From: Myxococcota bacterium
GTDB taxonomy: Bacteria > Myxococcota > Myxococcia > Myxococcales > Myxococcaceae
Assembly: GCA_049322255.1 (NCBI GenBank)
Contig: JBMORE010000054.1
Location: 124,001 to 165,360, forward strand
Length of the DNA: 41,360 nt
Direction of reading: 5' to 3'
The notes under the pieces are model-generated. The model was not told the origin of the DNA. It made no database searches and saw nothing but the letters and a program-made list of their open reading frames with translations. Below, piece by piece: positions 1 to 9,525 of the stretch. Position 1 is the stretch's first letter. Every line of letters begins with the position of its first letter. The translations under genes were made by a program, and so were the position numbers.

Positions 1-807
1 AGGTGGCCGAGGCGGCTGACTGCACCCGTTGAGCGTTTGGCGCGCAGTGTCCAGCCGCAGCCCCGCCTCTTCGCTCTCGTTGTAGGTCCGTTTCATGAAG
101 TCGGCGGTGGTGGCATTGTCCACCCCTCCGAAGGTCTGCGACTGCGCTGGGTTGCGTTCGGGGTCCTTGCCTGGGGCGACGAGCATCGCGTAGCCGTCTC
201 CACCGCCGAGCAGAAAGCTGGAGAGCGCTACCCGGAAGCGCTTGCCCGCCCTCCCCGGCCGCTGCAGCGTCTCCGAGCCTATCTGCAGCGCCGCCACCCG
301 TGCGCCCGCGGCGGCCGTGCAGCTCACCTCCATGCGCACCTCCTTCGATACCTGGAGAAAACCGCCCGCGGGAGAGATGACCTCGGCCGGCGACGCCACC
401 AAACGCGCCACCGAGTGCTCGAAGAGGTCCCACACCTCTTGCTCCTCCAGGTCGACCGCCGTCACCAGGTTTTCGAAGAGGAGCACCTCGTGCAGTAGCC
501 CGCGGGTGACTGGCCCCCGCTCGAGAATGTTGCGCGTGGTGCACAGCCCCTCGGCGCGAATGGCGCCTCCGTTGACCACCCCGAGCTGCGCCGGAGCGCT
601 CGACTGGGCAAAGGCGTCGACGAAGGCGTCGGCGGCGAGCTGACCCACCGCGTTGTTTGCGTGGCGGGTGTTGGCCCGGTCGATGAAGACTTCTTCGGCG
701 AGAAAGCCGATGCGCTCGTTGGGCTGCTCCACCGGCGGGGTGCAGTTGTCGTTGTAGGCGATGCACCCCCAGAGGAAGGCGGCGGCGAAGAGGACGAGCG
801 CGCGCAT
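1..807 (-). CDS. Lipoprotein with 5'-nucleotidase C-terminal (substrate-binding) domain; 3' end runs off the window
   Basis: Not in ORF track; manual translation from ATG 807: MRALVLFAAAFLWGC (lipobox) ...NAVGQLAADAF...LGVVNGGAIR...LLFENLVTAVDL...GGFLQVS...FLLGGGDGY, hallmark 5_nucleotid_C motifs. ATG abuts the stop of the upstream receptor (TAAATG). Confidence 0.8.
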   Translation of the reverse strand, partial: MRALVLFAAAFLWGCIAYNDNCTPPVEQPNERIGFLAEEVFIDRANTRHANNAVGQLAADAFVDAFAQSSAPAQLGVVNGGAIRAEGLCTTRNILERGPVTRGLLHEVLLFENLVTAVDLEEQEVWDLFEHSVARLVASPAEVISPAGGFLQVSKEVRMEVSCTAAAGARVAALQIGSETLQRPGRAGKRFRVALSSFLLGGGDGYAMLVAPGKDPERNPAQSQTFGGVDNATTADFMKRTYNESEEAGLRLDTARQTLNGCSQPPRPP

Positions 808-3438
808 TTAGAGAAAGGCCCTCACGGTGAGAAACGCCGAGAGCGTCTCGCGGGGAAGCAGACCGGGCACCCGGTCCGCCCGGGGGACGTCGTCGACCCA
901 ATCGTGGCTGAAGAGGTTGTGCCCCGCCAAGGAGAGCTCGAAGTGATCGGCGATTCTCTGGGTGCGCAGCTGCGCCGACACCAGGGCGTAGGAGGGAATC
1001 TTCCAGCGTCGAACGAGCTCGAGCACCGAACGACTGTTGTTGCGCCGCTCGCTGCCCACCCGCACCAAGAGGTCCAGGTTCATCCACTCGCCCAGCGGCA
1101 TCGAGGTGCCGGCATTGAAGCGCGCCTGGGGCACGTCGGTGAGCAGCCGGGCCTGCGTGGCGGTCTCGAGGTCTTCGGCGCGAAACCAGCTGGCGTTGAC
1201 CCAGGCGTTGGCGCGCTCCGAGGCTTCGAGCCGAGCCTCACCCTCGGCGCCGAACACGCGTACGCCCTGCTGACGGTTTCGCAAGGGCACGATGTTTCCG
1301 GTGGTGTCCACCAGCGCAATGGGGTTGGTGAAGTGCTGGTAATAGACCGCCCCACGCAGCCGCACCCGCGCCTCGCCCGCAGCCTGCACCCAATCGGCTC
1401 CTACCTCGACGGTGTCGACCGAGGCGGGGTCGAGGTCGGGGTTCCCCTCGAAGCGGCCCAGGTTGTACTGGGTGTTGGGAATGCTCTCCACCAGCTCCTG
1501 CACGGTGGGAGGGCGGAAAGCCCGGCCGTAGAGCAGCTTGAGCACGAGCGAATCGCTGGCGGAGAAGACCAGACCGGCGCGGGGGTTGAGCGAAAAAACC
1601 AGCTCGGCGCCGATGACATTGCGCTCATCGTCGAGCTTGGGGAGCTGTATCGCGTCCAGGCGGAAGCCGAAGGTGAGCGTCAACGGCGCGCCGAGCGTCC
1701 ACTGGTCCTGCGCGTAGAGGCCGGCGCGCAGGCGTGAGGTCGCGGCGCCCTGGCCGCGGTCCTGCGGGTAAGCCAAAGGCACGCACTCGGTGCCCACGCA
1801 GGTCGTTGGCCGCGTGAGCGTGGTGCCCAGATAGAGGTTCTGTGAGTCGTAGTTCGTCTCGTACTCGTATCGGTAGAGCGACTGCTGCTCGACCACTACC
1901 CCGAATGAGAGGCGGTTGCCCTCGGCGAGTTGGAGGTCGGCCGCCCCTGAGCCACCCAAGGTGCGCACTCCCACGATGGCGCGCTCGAGCAGCCCTTCGG
2001 GAAAGAGCTGGTTCGGCGCGGAGCCTGTTCGAAAGTTCCGTGGGCTGAGCTGAAAGGTGCGGCGGGTGAGCTGGTCATCGAACCATCCGTGGAAGAAGAC
2101 GCGGGTACGCTCGCCGGCCTGTGTTTCGTAGGAAAGGTCTGCCTGAGCCACCTGCCAAAAGAGACGCGAGTCGTTGCCCACGGCGTCGAAGAGCCCCAGG
2201 AGCGCCGCGCGATCCTCGAGCAGGAAGCGCCCCCAGGCACCCAGCTTTCCACCACCGGCGCCGGTGTACTCGAGCCTGACGCCTGCGTTGGCGAACGTGC
2301 GCTGATCATGGGTGAATCCCGCCGGGTCGAGCGGCCCGCGCAGCTCCTGCACGATGGTGTCGCGATCGAGTGAATCTTTGGTGATGGAACGCCGTTCGCC
2401 CCGCTGAGTGGAATAGTCCGCATCGGCGGAGAGCTTCGCGCTGCCCATGCTCTTGGCGGCGGCGAGATGGGTGTCGTAGGCGTCGTAGAGTCCTGCTGCC
2501 GCGGAAAGGCTCACCCCTTCCTCGCGGCGGGTGACCAGGTTCACCACGCCCAAAAAGGCGCCCGCGCCGTGCAGCGCCGAGCCCGGCCCGCGAATCACCT
2601 CGATGCGCTCGAGGTTCTCGACGGGGAGGTTGGCCAGCGCCCGCCCGTCGAAGAAATTGTCGAGCCGGTGGCCGTCGAGCAAGAAGAGCACCTCGGGGTC
2701 GCTGCGCAGGCCGCGCACGGCGGTGCGGTGAAAGCCCTGCACGTCGCGGCTGATCGACAGCCCGGGCACCACATCGAGCACGTCGTAGACGGTGCGAGCT
2801 CCGAGCGCGCGAATCTGCTCGCGCGAGAAGGACGAGGCGATCGCCGGTACCCGCGTCACCTTTTCCTCATGGCGCGTCGCCAGGGCCACCGTGTCCTCTG
2901 CGCTGTAGAGGGCGAGCTCCTCCTCCAGCTCGGCATCCCTCTCCCGCTGGGAGAGGGGAAGGGTGATGGGCTCTTTCTCTGCGTTTTTCTGACGCTTGGT
3001 CCGTTCAGGCCGAGCGGAGTCGAGGCGCGACTCTTTAGAACCCCGCCTCTCCTTCACCGGAAGCTCGCCCCTCACCCACACCCGCGCGGGCTGGCTGGCG
3101 CTGAAGAAAAGAGGCACCCGCTCGCCGGAGAAGGTGACACCTTCGAGGTAGTACTCCACTCCGGGGAACACCATCTTCACGGCGGGCACGAAGCCACGGT
3201 AGAGGTCGCCGTACTGAAGCTCCATCGGAGCCTCGGCGTACTCCCCTCCTGGGCCGCGGTATTTGAGAACGACCTTCTCGATTTTGTCTCCCCCGACCAG
3301 CGAGCCGTCGATCTGGAGCGCCTCCCCGCCCTTCGCCTCGGGAAGCGGCGTGTGGAGCATGCTCGGTTTCGCGTGGGCGAGCGCGCTCACCAACAGAAGG
3401 GCCCAAGGCCACGGCGAGAGGGAAGTTCGTCCGTTCAA
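808..3438 (-). CDS. TonB-dependent outer-membrane receptor with N-terminal extra domain
   Basis: Plug motifs (ARTVYDVLDVVPG, LFLLDG, IEVIRGPGSALHGAGAFLGVVNLVT), barrel motifs (LYGRAFRPPT, HNLF). Start trimmed to TTG 3438 ahead of a signal peptide ending ALAHA; start approximate. Confidence 0.9.
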   Translation of the reverse strand: MNGRTSLSPWPWALLLVSALAHAKPSMLHTPLPEAKGGEALQIDGSLVGGDKIEKVVLKYRGPGGEYAEAPMELQYGDLYRGFVPAVKMVFPGVEYYLEGVTFSGERVPLFFSASQPARVWVRGELPVKERRGSKESRLDSARPERTKRQKNAEKEPITLPLSQRERDAELEEELALYSAEDTVALATRHEEKVTRVPAIASSFSREQIRALGARTVYDVLDVVPGLSISRDVQGFHRTAVRGLRSDPEVLFLLDGHRLDNFFDGRALANLPVENLERIEVIRGPGSALHGAGAFLGVVNLVTRREEGVSLSAAAGLYDAYDTHLAAAKSMGSAKLSADADYSTQRGERRSITKDSLDRDTIVQELRGPLDPAGFTHDQRTFANAGVRLEYTGAGGGKLGAWGRFLLEDRAALLGLFDAVGNDSRLFWQVAQADLSYETQAGERTRVFFHGWFDDQLTRRTFQLSPRNFRTGSAPNQLFPEGLLERAIVGVRTLGGSGAADLQLAEGNRLSFGVVVEQQSLYRYEYETNYDSQNLYLGTTLTRPTTCVGTECVPLAYPQDRGQGAATSRLRAGLYAQDQWTLGAPLTLTFGFRLDAIQLPKLDDERNVIGAELVFSLNPRAGLVFSASDSLVLKLLYGRAFRPPTVQELVESIPNTQYNLGRFEGNPDLDPASVDTVEVGADWVQAAGEARVRLRGAVYYQHFTNPIALVDTTGNIVPLRNRQQGVRVFGAEGEARLEASERANAWVNASWFRAEDLETATQARLLTDVPQARFNAGTSMPLGEWMNLDLLVRVGSERRNNSRSVLELVRRWKIPSYALVSAQLRTQRIADHFELSLAGHNLFSHDWVDDVPRADRVPGLLPRETLSAFLTVRAFL
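2936..2970. repeat. REP-like palindromic repeat, copy 1 (inside receptor CDS)
   Basis: Reverse complement CCCATCACCCTTCCCCTCTCCCAGCGGGAGAGGGA matches the copies at 14181 and 29443. Confidence 0.65.
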
Positions 3439-3507
3439 GAGCAGGCTTCGATGATAGCCCCTTTCTTGCCGGGGCCGGACACCCGTGCGAGGTTGAGTGG
3501 CTCTCGC

Positions 3508-5058
3508 ATGCGCGCGTCGCTCTCGCTCCACCTGTCCCTCTATCGCAAGCAGAAGGCGATGATCTCCTCGGCGGTCGAGGGTGCGTCTTCGTCCTTCCGG
3601 GCCTACGAAGCGCGCTACCGGCGCCGCACCGCCACCTTTCACCGCGCGCTCTCCCCTATGGAGGTGGAGCGCCACGTCACCGCGGCCGACGTGGTCTACG
3701 TAGGCGACTACCACACGCTCAGGCTTTCGCAGCAGAGCTACCTGCGCGTGGTGGAGATGGCGCGCGCCACCGGCCGGCGGGTGGTGTTGGCGATCGAGCT
3801 CGTCGAGGGCAGGCACCAGTCCGCGCTCGACGCCTACCTCGCCGGACGTCTGTCGGAACGCACCTTCCTCGCCCGCATCGGGCACGCGCCGGCGGGTGGA
3901 TTCGACCTGTGGCCCGGCTTTCGCCCCGTCCTCGAGGCAGCGCGTGCGTACCAGCTTTCAGTGGTGGCGATCGATCGCCGGGCCAAGGGCGGCCGCTCGC
4001 TCCAAATTCGCGACGCCTACGCCGCTGGGCGCATCGCCCGTGCCGCGCGCAGCCCCGACCGGCCGCTGGTGCTGGTGCTGATGGGCCAGTTCCACGTCGC
4101 CCCTTGCCACCTGCCCCGCGAGGTCGAAAAAGCGCTAGGCGAGAACGAGCGCCGACACTTGGTGGTGTACCAAAACTGCGAGGGCATTTACTGGAAGCTG
4201 GCGCGAAGGGGGCTGGCCCAGCGGGTCGAGGCGGTGCTGGTGCGCGAAGGAGAGCTGTGCCTGCTCAACGCCTCGCCGCTGGTGTGCCAGCAGAGCTTCC
4301 TCGACTACCTGGAGGCGGAGGGAGGCGATGAGCAGCTCGAGCACGGCACCGCAGCGCGCTTCCGCGAGCTGGCGCGCCTCATCGGGCGCTTCGCCGGCGT
4401 CGACGTACGCCCAAACATCGAGAGCGTCGAAGTGGCCACCGTCGCCGACGACGATTTCCTCGAGCGGGTGCGTCACCGCGGACAGTTCGACCGCCGGGAG
4501 CTCACCCAGCTTCGCCGGCACGTCCTTTCACGAGAGAGCTATTACATCCCTCGAGCGCGCCTGGCGTACCTGGCGACGCTCTCACTCAACCACGCCGCCG
4601 AGGAGGCGGCGCACTTCGTCCGCCACTGCGCGGTGGGAGAAGCACTCGAGGCGCCGCGACGGGCCTCCGACGCCTTTTATGCCCGCTGCCTCGAGGAGGC
4701 CTTCGGTTTCTTCGGCTCCAAGCTCGTCAACGCCCGCCGCCGGTGCAGGTCGATCACCGAGTGGGCCGAGGCGTTCGAGCGCCGCCGCGGCGAAGACCGT
4801 CAGATTGCCGCCTTCGTCCTCGCCCACAAGGCGGCCGAAGGAGAAGGCCCCTCCGAGGCGGCGAAGCTCTTGCCTTTGCGGGAAGACAGGCTCTTCCACG
4901 CGGTCAGCCACGCTCTGGGCTACCTGCTCGGGGAGGCGATGTATGGGGCCCTGGAGAGCGAGCGGATAAGCCGCGCCGACGTTCGCGCGCTCTTTCGCGA
5001 CCCGCTCGTCGACCCTCCTGGGCGCTACTTCTCCCTCGTTCGCCGCCTGAGGGCCTAA
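3508..5058 (+). CDS. ChaN-like (heme-uptake/Tiki superfamily) protein with additional C-terminal domain
   Basis: ADVVYVGDYH, VLAIELV, QSALDAYLAGRLSE, RDAYAA, LVLMGQFHV motifs; start reassigned to ATG 3508 because the upstream part of the ORF overlaps the receptor. Confidence 0.7.
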   Translation: MRASLSLHLSLYRKQKAMISSAVEGASSSFRAYEARYRRRTATFHRALSPMEVERHVTAADVVYVGDYHTLRLSQQSYLRVVEMARATGRRVVLAIELVEGRHQSALDAYLAGRLSERTFLARIGHAPAGGFDLWPGFRPVLEAARAYQLSVVAIDRRAKGGRSLQIRDAYAAGRIARAARSPDRPLVLVLMGQFHVAPCHLPREVEKALGENERRHLVVYQNCEGIYWKLARRGLAQRVEAVLVREGELCLLNASPLVCQQSFLDYLEAEGGDEQLEHGTAARFRELARLIGRFAGVDVRPNIESVEVATVADDDFLERVRHRGQFDRRELTQLRRHVLSRESYYIPRARLAYLATLSLNHAAEEAAHFVRHCAVGEALEAPRRASDAFYARCLEEAFGFFGSKLVNARRRCRSITEWAEAFERRRGEDRQIAAFVLAHKAAEGEGPSEAAKLLPLREDRLFHAVSHALGYLLGEAMYGALESERISRADVRALFRDPLVDPPGRYFSLVRRLRA

Positions 5059-5122
5059 AAGCAACCGGCCGGGCAGGCCCGCGCTCGACGGAACGGAGCG
5101 CGATGGCTACTGCAAAACGGTC

Positions 5123-7579
5123 ATGGCACTTGCGGTGGTGGTGCTGCTGTTGGGCGTGTTCGGTGTGCTCCTCTATTCCGGCCGGGGTTACTCGAGCTGG
5201 GTCGTGAGCGGCGCCCTCGCCTTCCTCGCATGGGCTTTGGGCGGCATGGCCGCGCCTTGGCTCTTCACCCTCGCGTTCTTGGTTTTTGTCCTCGCGGCAG
5301 TGGCCTTCGGCCTTCCCTCGCTTCGTCGGCGCATCGTCTCCGCGCGGGTGATGAAGCAGATGCGGCGCGTGCTGCCGCGCATGGGAAAGACCGAACGCAT
5401 CGCCCTCGAGGCCGGCACGGTGTGGTGGGATGGCGAGCTCTTCAGCGGCCGTCCGGACTGGAAGAAGCTGCTCTACTTTCAGCGCAAGCCTCTCTCGGAC
5501 AAGGAGCGCGCCTTCCTCGAGGGTCCAGTCGAAGAGCTGTGCGCCATGCTCAACGAGTGGCAAAACGAGCAGACAGGCGATCTACCCCCCGAAGCGTGGG
5601 CTTTCATCAAGCACCACAAGTTCCTGGGGATGATCATCCCCGAGGAGTACGGGGGACTGGGCTTCTCGGCGCTCGCCCATTCACAGGTCATCGTCAAGCT
5701 CGCCAGCCGCAGCGTCACCGCCGCAGTGACGGTGATGGTGCCCAACTCGCTGGGGCCGGGCGAGCTGCTCTTGCACTACGGCACCGAGGAGCAAAAACGC
5801 CACTACCTGCCGCGCTTGGCCAGCGGCGAGGAGATTCCCTGCTTCGCGCTCACCGGGCCCGAGGCGGGCAGCGACGCCGCCGCCACCCGCAGCAAGGGTG
5901 TGGTGACCCGGGGCATGTGGGAGGGAGAGGAGGTCTTGGGGCTGCGGCTGAATTGGATCAAGCGCTACACCACCCTCGGCCCGGTCTCCACACTCATCGG
6001 GCTCGCCTTTCAAATGGAGGATCCCGAACGGCTGCTCGGTGGAGAGAGACACTTGGGAATCACCTGCGCGCTGGTGCCGTCGAACCTTCCCGGCATCGAC
6101 ATCGGCAAGCGGCACGATCCCCTCGGGGTGCCCTTCATGAACGGGCCGACGACAGGGCGCGATGTCTTCGTGCCTCTCCACTTCATCATCGGCGGGAAAG
6201 AGCAAGCTGGTCAGGGCTGGAGAATGTTGATGGAGAGCCTCGCCGCTGGCCGTTCGCTCTCCTTGCCGGCGATGTCGGTGGGGATGGCCGAGCTGGGGGC
6301 ACGCGTGGTGGGTGCCTACGCGACCGTGCGCGAGCAATTCGACACGCCCATCGGCCGCTTCGAAGGCATCGAAGAGCCGCTCGCCCGCATCGGAGGCCTC
6401 ACCTACCTCATGAACGCCGCCCGGGTGGTGACCGCCGGAGCCGTCGACGCCGGCGAAAGGCCGAGCGTGATTTCGGCGATCGTCAAGGCCTACCTCACCG
6501 AGTCGATGCGCCAGCTCGTCAACGACGCGATGGACATTCGCGCCGGGGCGGCGATCTGCCGCGGGCCGCGCAACATGCTCGCCCACGCGTACTGGGCGGC
6601 TCCCATCGCCATCACCGTGGAGGGAGCCAACATCCTCACCCGGTCGATGATCATCTACGGCCAGGGCGCCATCCGCTGCCACCCTTTCGTGCGGGACGAG
6701 ATGGAGGCGATCGCGCAAAATGACCTCGCCCGCTTCGATCGCGCGTTCTTCTCGCATCTGAATTTCGTCGCCCAGACCGCGACGCGCTCCTTCCTCCTCG
6801 CCCTCACCTTCGGCCGCCTGGCGCGACCTCGCCAGGGCGGAGCGATGCGTCGTTACCTAGGCCTCTTTGGCCGGATGAGCGCTTCCTTCGCGCTGGCCTC
6901 GGACGTCGCAATGGGAACCCTCGGCGGCACGCTCAAGCGGCGGGAGAAGATCAGCGGCCGCCTCGCTGATGCGCTCGCCTGGCTCTACCTGGGCAGCACC
7001 ACCGTGAAGCGCTTCTTCGACGACGGCCAGCCCCGCGACGACCTGCCCTTCGCGCGCTGGGCGTGCGAGCACGCGCTCCATGAAGTCCAACGTGCCCTGC
7101 ACGGAGTGATCGACAACCTCCCCCACCGACCCGCAGCGTGGGTGCTGCGGTTGCTGACGTTTCCTCTGGGAGCGCGCCACCGGCCCCCCAACGACCGGCT
7201 GGGAACCGCGGTGGCGCGGGCGCTGCTCGAGGACCGCGAGGAGCGTATTCGCCTCACCCGGGATATCTACGTGCCGCCTCCGAGCGAGCCGGGGCTGGGA
7301 CATCTGGAGGCGGCGCTGGCCAAAGCGACCCGCGCGCTGGCGGTCGAGCGGAAAATTCGTGACGCGGTACGCGCCGGCCGCATCGAGCACGCTCCGGGAG
7401 AGGCGCTCGCCGACCTCGCTCTCAAGGCTGGCATCATCAGCGCCGCAGAGCGGGACTTCATTCGCGAGGCTGACGAGGCACGCAACGAGGCGATCCAGGT
7501 CGATTCGTTCGAGCCGGAGCAGCTCATCCGAGGAAGGGCTGTTCCTTCGGGAGAAGTCCCAGCGGCCCCGGTGCACTAG
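5123..7579 (+). CDS. fadE: Acyl-CoA dehydrogenase FadE
   Basis: 818 aa, N-terminal TM helices, EAGTVWWDGELFSG, VPNSLGPGELL, PCFALTGPEAGSDA, ITVEGANILTR, C-terminal EARNEAIQVDSF. Confidence 0.95.
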   Translation: MALAVVVLLLGVFGVLLYSGRGYSSWVVSGALAFLAWALGGMAAPWLFTLAFLVFVLAAVAFGLPSLRRRIVSARVMKQMRRVLPRMGKTERIALEAGTVWWDGELFSGRPDWKKLLYFQRKPLSDKERAFLEGPVEELCAMLNEWQNEQTGDLPPEAWAFIKHHKFLGMIIPEEYGGLGFSALAHSQVIVKLASRSVTAAVTVMVPNSLGPGELLLHYGTEEQKRHYLPRLASGEEIPCFALTGPEAGSDAAATRSKGVVTRGMWEGEEVLGLRLNWIKRYTTLGPVSTLIGLAFQMEDPERLLGGERHLGITCALVPSNLPGIDIGKRHDPLGVPFMNGPTTGRDVFVPLHFIIGGKEQAGQGWRMLMESLAAGRSLSLPAMSVGMAELGARVVGAYATVREQFDTPIGRFEGIEEPLARIGGLTYLMNAARVVTAGAVDAGERPSVISAIVKAYLTESMRQLVNDAMDIRAGAAICRGPRNMLAHAYWAAPIAITVEGANILTRSMIIYGQGAIRCHPFVRDEMEAIAQNDLARFDRAFFSHLNFVAQTATRSFLLALTFGRLARPRQGGAMRRYLGLFGRMSASFALASDVAMGTLGGTLKRREKISGRLADALAWLYLGSTTVKRFFDDGQPRDDLPFARWACEHALHEVQRALHGVIDNLPHRPAAWVLRLLTFPLGARHRPPNDRLGTAVARALLEDREERIRLTRDIYVPPPSEPGLGHLEAALAKATRALAVERKIRDAVRAGRIEHAPGEALADLALKAGIISAAERDFIREADEARNEAIQVDSFEPEQLIRGRAVPSGEVPAAPVH

Positions 7580-7608
7580 GACGGAGTGGGTACCAGATCC
7601 TCGGGTCG

Positions 7609-8886
7609 TCAAAGAGGAACCGACGTCGCGCTGACCTTGCCCCGGTTGAAAGAAATTCCCACTCCGTACTGCCCGATGGCGACGATGACCTCGCGCGCGT
7701 CGTCAGAGATGTTGTCGAGCGCTGCTGTGGCGGTCATGCGGCCGACGCCGAACTCTCTGACCATGCATGTCGGCGCGCCGCAGCCCTCGAAGACACGCAG
7801 GTCGATTCCCGTTCCGTCATCGCCGGCCAACACCTCGCCGTGGACCGTGGTTCTCGTGCGGGGCGGAAGAGTGAGGCGCCAATAGAGGAAATGCCGGTTG
7901 GTGCCGACCCAGCCGCAGGGGTGTTGCGACGCGAGCGGCTCATCGAGCCTTCCTTGACCTACGGTCGCAGGTAAAGGCAGAGCGCTCTCGCAGCGGGTGT
8001 TGGTTTCCATCGCCTGCGCCACCCAGGCAAAGGGAGGCGATGCGGCCAAGACCGTGCGCACAGGGGCGTCGGTCTCGTTCACCAACGAGCTGATACAGCA
8101 CGTGCGTAAGGTGAGGTCCCCATAGGTGATTGCATACGACCTCGGAGGCACCTCGATGGAATAGAGGTGGGCTTCACCGCAGGCGGGACTGGCCACTCGC
8201 GGCCCGTCGAGGAGTTGGCCTTCCGGCACCTGGGGAGCCGCGGCGCAGCTCGAGGTCGGCGATAACTGGGGACCGCTGGGAAAGGCCACTAAGTCGAGCT
8301 CGAAAGGGCTCTCAATACTTCGGCTGATGACCAGCACCACTTCTCGCTCCACCTCGCCGGAATTGGGCAAGAGAGCTCTCCGGTACGCGCGCACAGGCAA
8401 GTGGAGGGGCACGCATTGGGTCGCGTTTAGCAGGGCTTGGCGCTCCTCTTCGCAGCTCGAGAAGGCAAAAAGAGACGAAGAAGAGGTATCGCTCGTCAGT
8501 GACACCCCGATACCGGACTTCGGAGGTATCAGCACACGGTAATAGCGGGCGGCAACCGAGACGTCCGAAAAGCACCTCTGAGCGCGGGTGCTTTGGTGCA
8601 CCGAATCGATGACGTGGTCACCAGCGCGCAGGAGCGGCGCATCCACGCACCTGTTCGCCCCCGGTGGACCGAGCGGCCGCCCTGCATCGAAGACCATCTC
8701 ACCGGCATCGGTGGGTCCGGCATCGGCGAACGGCGGCTCCGTATTCGCCGCATCGGCCGGCGACACGCTTTGAGCTCCTCCGTCTTTTCCCACTTCCGCT
8801 TGCCCCGAGCGGTTGCCGCAAGCGGAGATGACAGCGGCCAGACCAACGAGAAGGAACGCCCACTCAAGGCGGGTCAAGAAAACCAT
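7609..8886 (-). CDS. Cys-rich hypothetical lipoprotein
   Basis: Lipobox ISAC, DAG-rich linker, repeated C-x2-A-x2-L modules; fills the gap between fadE and the next gene. Confidence 0.7.
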   Translation of the reverse strand: MVFLTRLEWAFLLVGLAAVISACGNRSGQAEVGKDGGAQSVSPADAANTEPPFADAGPTDAGEMVFDAGRPLGPPGANRCVDAPLLRAGDHVIDSVHQSTRAQRCFSDVSVAARYYRVLIPPKSGIGVSLTSDTSSSSLFAFSSCEEERQALLNATQCVPLHLPVRAYRRALLPNSGEVEREVVLVISRSIESPFELDLVAFPSGPQLSPTSSCAAAPQVPEGQLLDGPRVASPACGEAHLYSIEVPPRSYAITYGDLTLRTCCISSLVNETDAPVRTVLAASPPFAWVAQAMETNTRCESALPLPATVGQGRLDEPLASQHPCGWVGTNRHFLYWRLTLPPRTRTTVHGEVLAGDDGTGIDLRVFEGCGAPTCMVREFGVGRMTATAALDNISDDAREVIVAIGQYGVGISFNRGKVSATSVPL

Positions 8887-8976
8887 GCCGGCTGCATACC
8901 GCAGGGCTCAGTCAGGATGAAAGTTTGCCCGGTGCTCATGTTGTGCGTCCTCGTGCAGAGGAATACACCCCCGCGC

Positions 8977-9525
8977 ATGTCCCGCGTCAGAGTGTTCATC
9001 GCCTGTTCCCTCGATGGTTTCATCGCCGGCCCCGGCAACGATCTGTCTTGGCTGCCGCAGCCCAACGGCCCCGATGAATCCGACTTCGGGTACAGCGCCT
9101 TCATGAAAGATATCGGCGCGCTGCTGATGGGACGCGCCACCTACGAAGTCGTCGCCGGCTTTCCGGGGGAGTGGCCCTACGGTAAGACGCCGGTGCTTGT
9201 GGCGACTCACCGTTCACTGAGCCCAAAGGTCGCGACCGTTCGCGCGCTCACTGGTGACGTGCGTGAGCTCGTCACGGCCGCCAAGGAGGCAGCGGGCGGT
9301 AAAGACGTCTACCTGGACGGAGGCAATCTCATTCGCCAAGCGCTGGACGCGGGCCTCATCGACGAGCTCACCGTGACCTTCGTGCCCATCGTCCTCGGGG
9401 CGGGGCACCCGCTCTTCGCAGGAGTCGCTCGGCGGCACCCGCTGGAGTTGGTCTCCAGCCAACCCATCGGGCTGGGAATGGTGCAGTCGACTTACTGCAC
9501 CGGTGCTCAGCGTGCGGTGGCGTGA
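8977..9525 (+). CDS. Dihydrofolate reductase family (RibD C-terminal-like) protein
   Basis: FIACSLDGFIAG, LLMGRATYE, DVYLDGG, AGLIDEL, PIVLGAGHPLF. Confidence 0.9.
   Translation: MSRVRVFIACSLDGFIAGPGNDLSWLPQPNGPDESDFGYSAFMKDIGALLMGRATYEVVAGFPGEWPYGKTPVLVATHRSLSPKVATVRALTGDVRELVTAAKEAAGGKDVYLDGGNLIRQALDAGLIDELTVTFVPIVLGAGHPLFAGVARRHPLELVSSQPIGLGMVQSTYCTGAQRAVA

Noticed and set aside
2467..3885. Long N-terminal extensions of the 1025-aa and 863-aa ORFs overlapping each other
   Set aside because: Shadow extensions typical of high-GC DNA; recognisable domains begin near 3438 (-) and 3508 (+).
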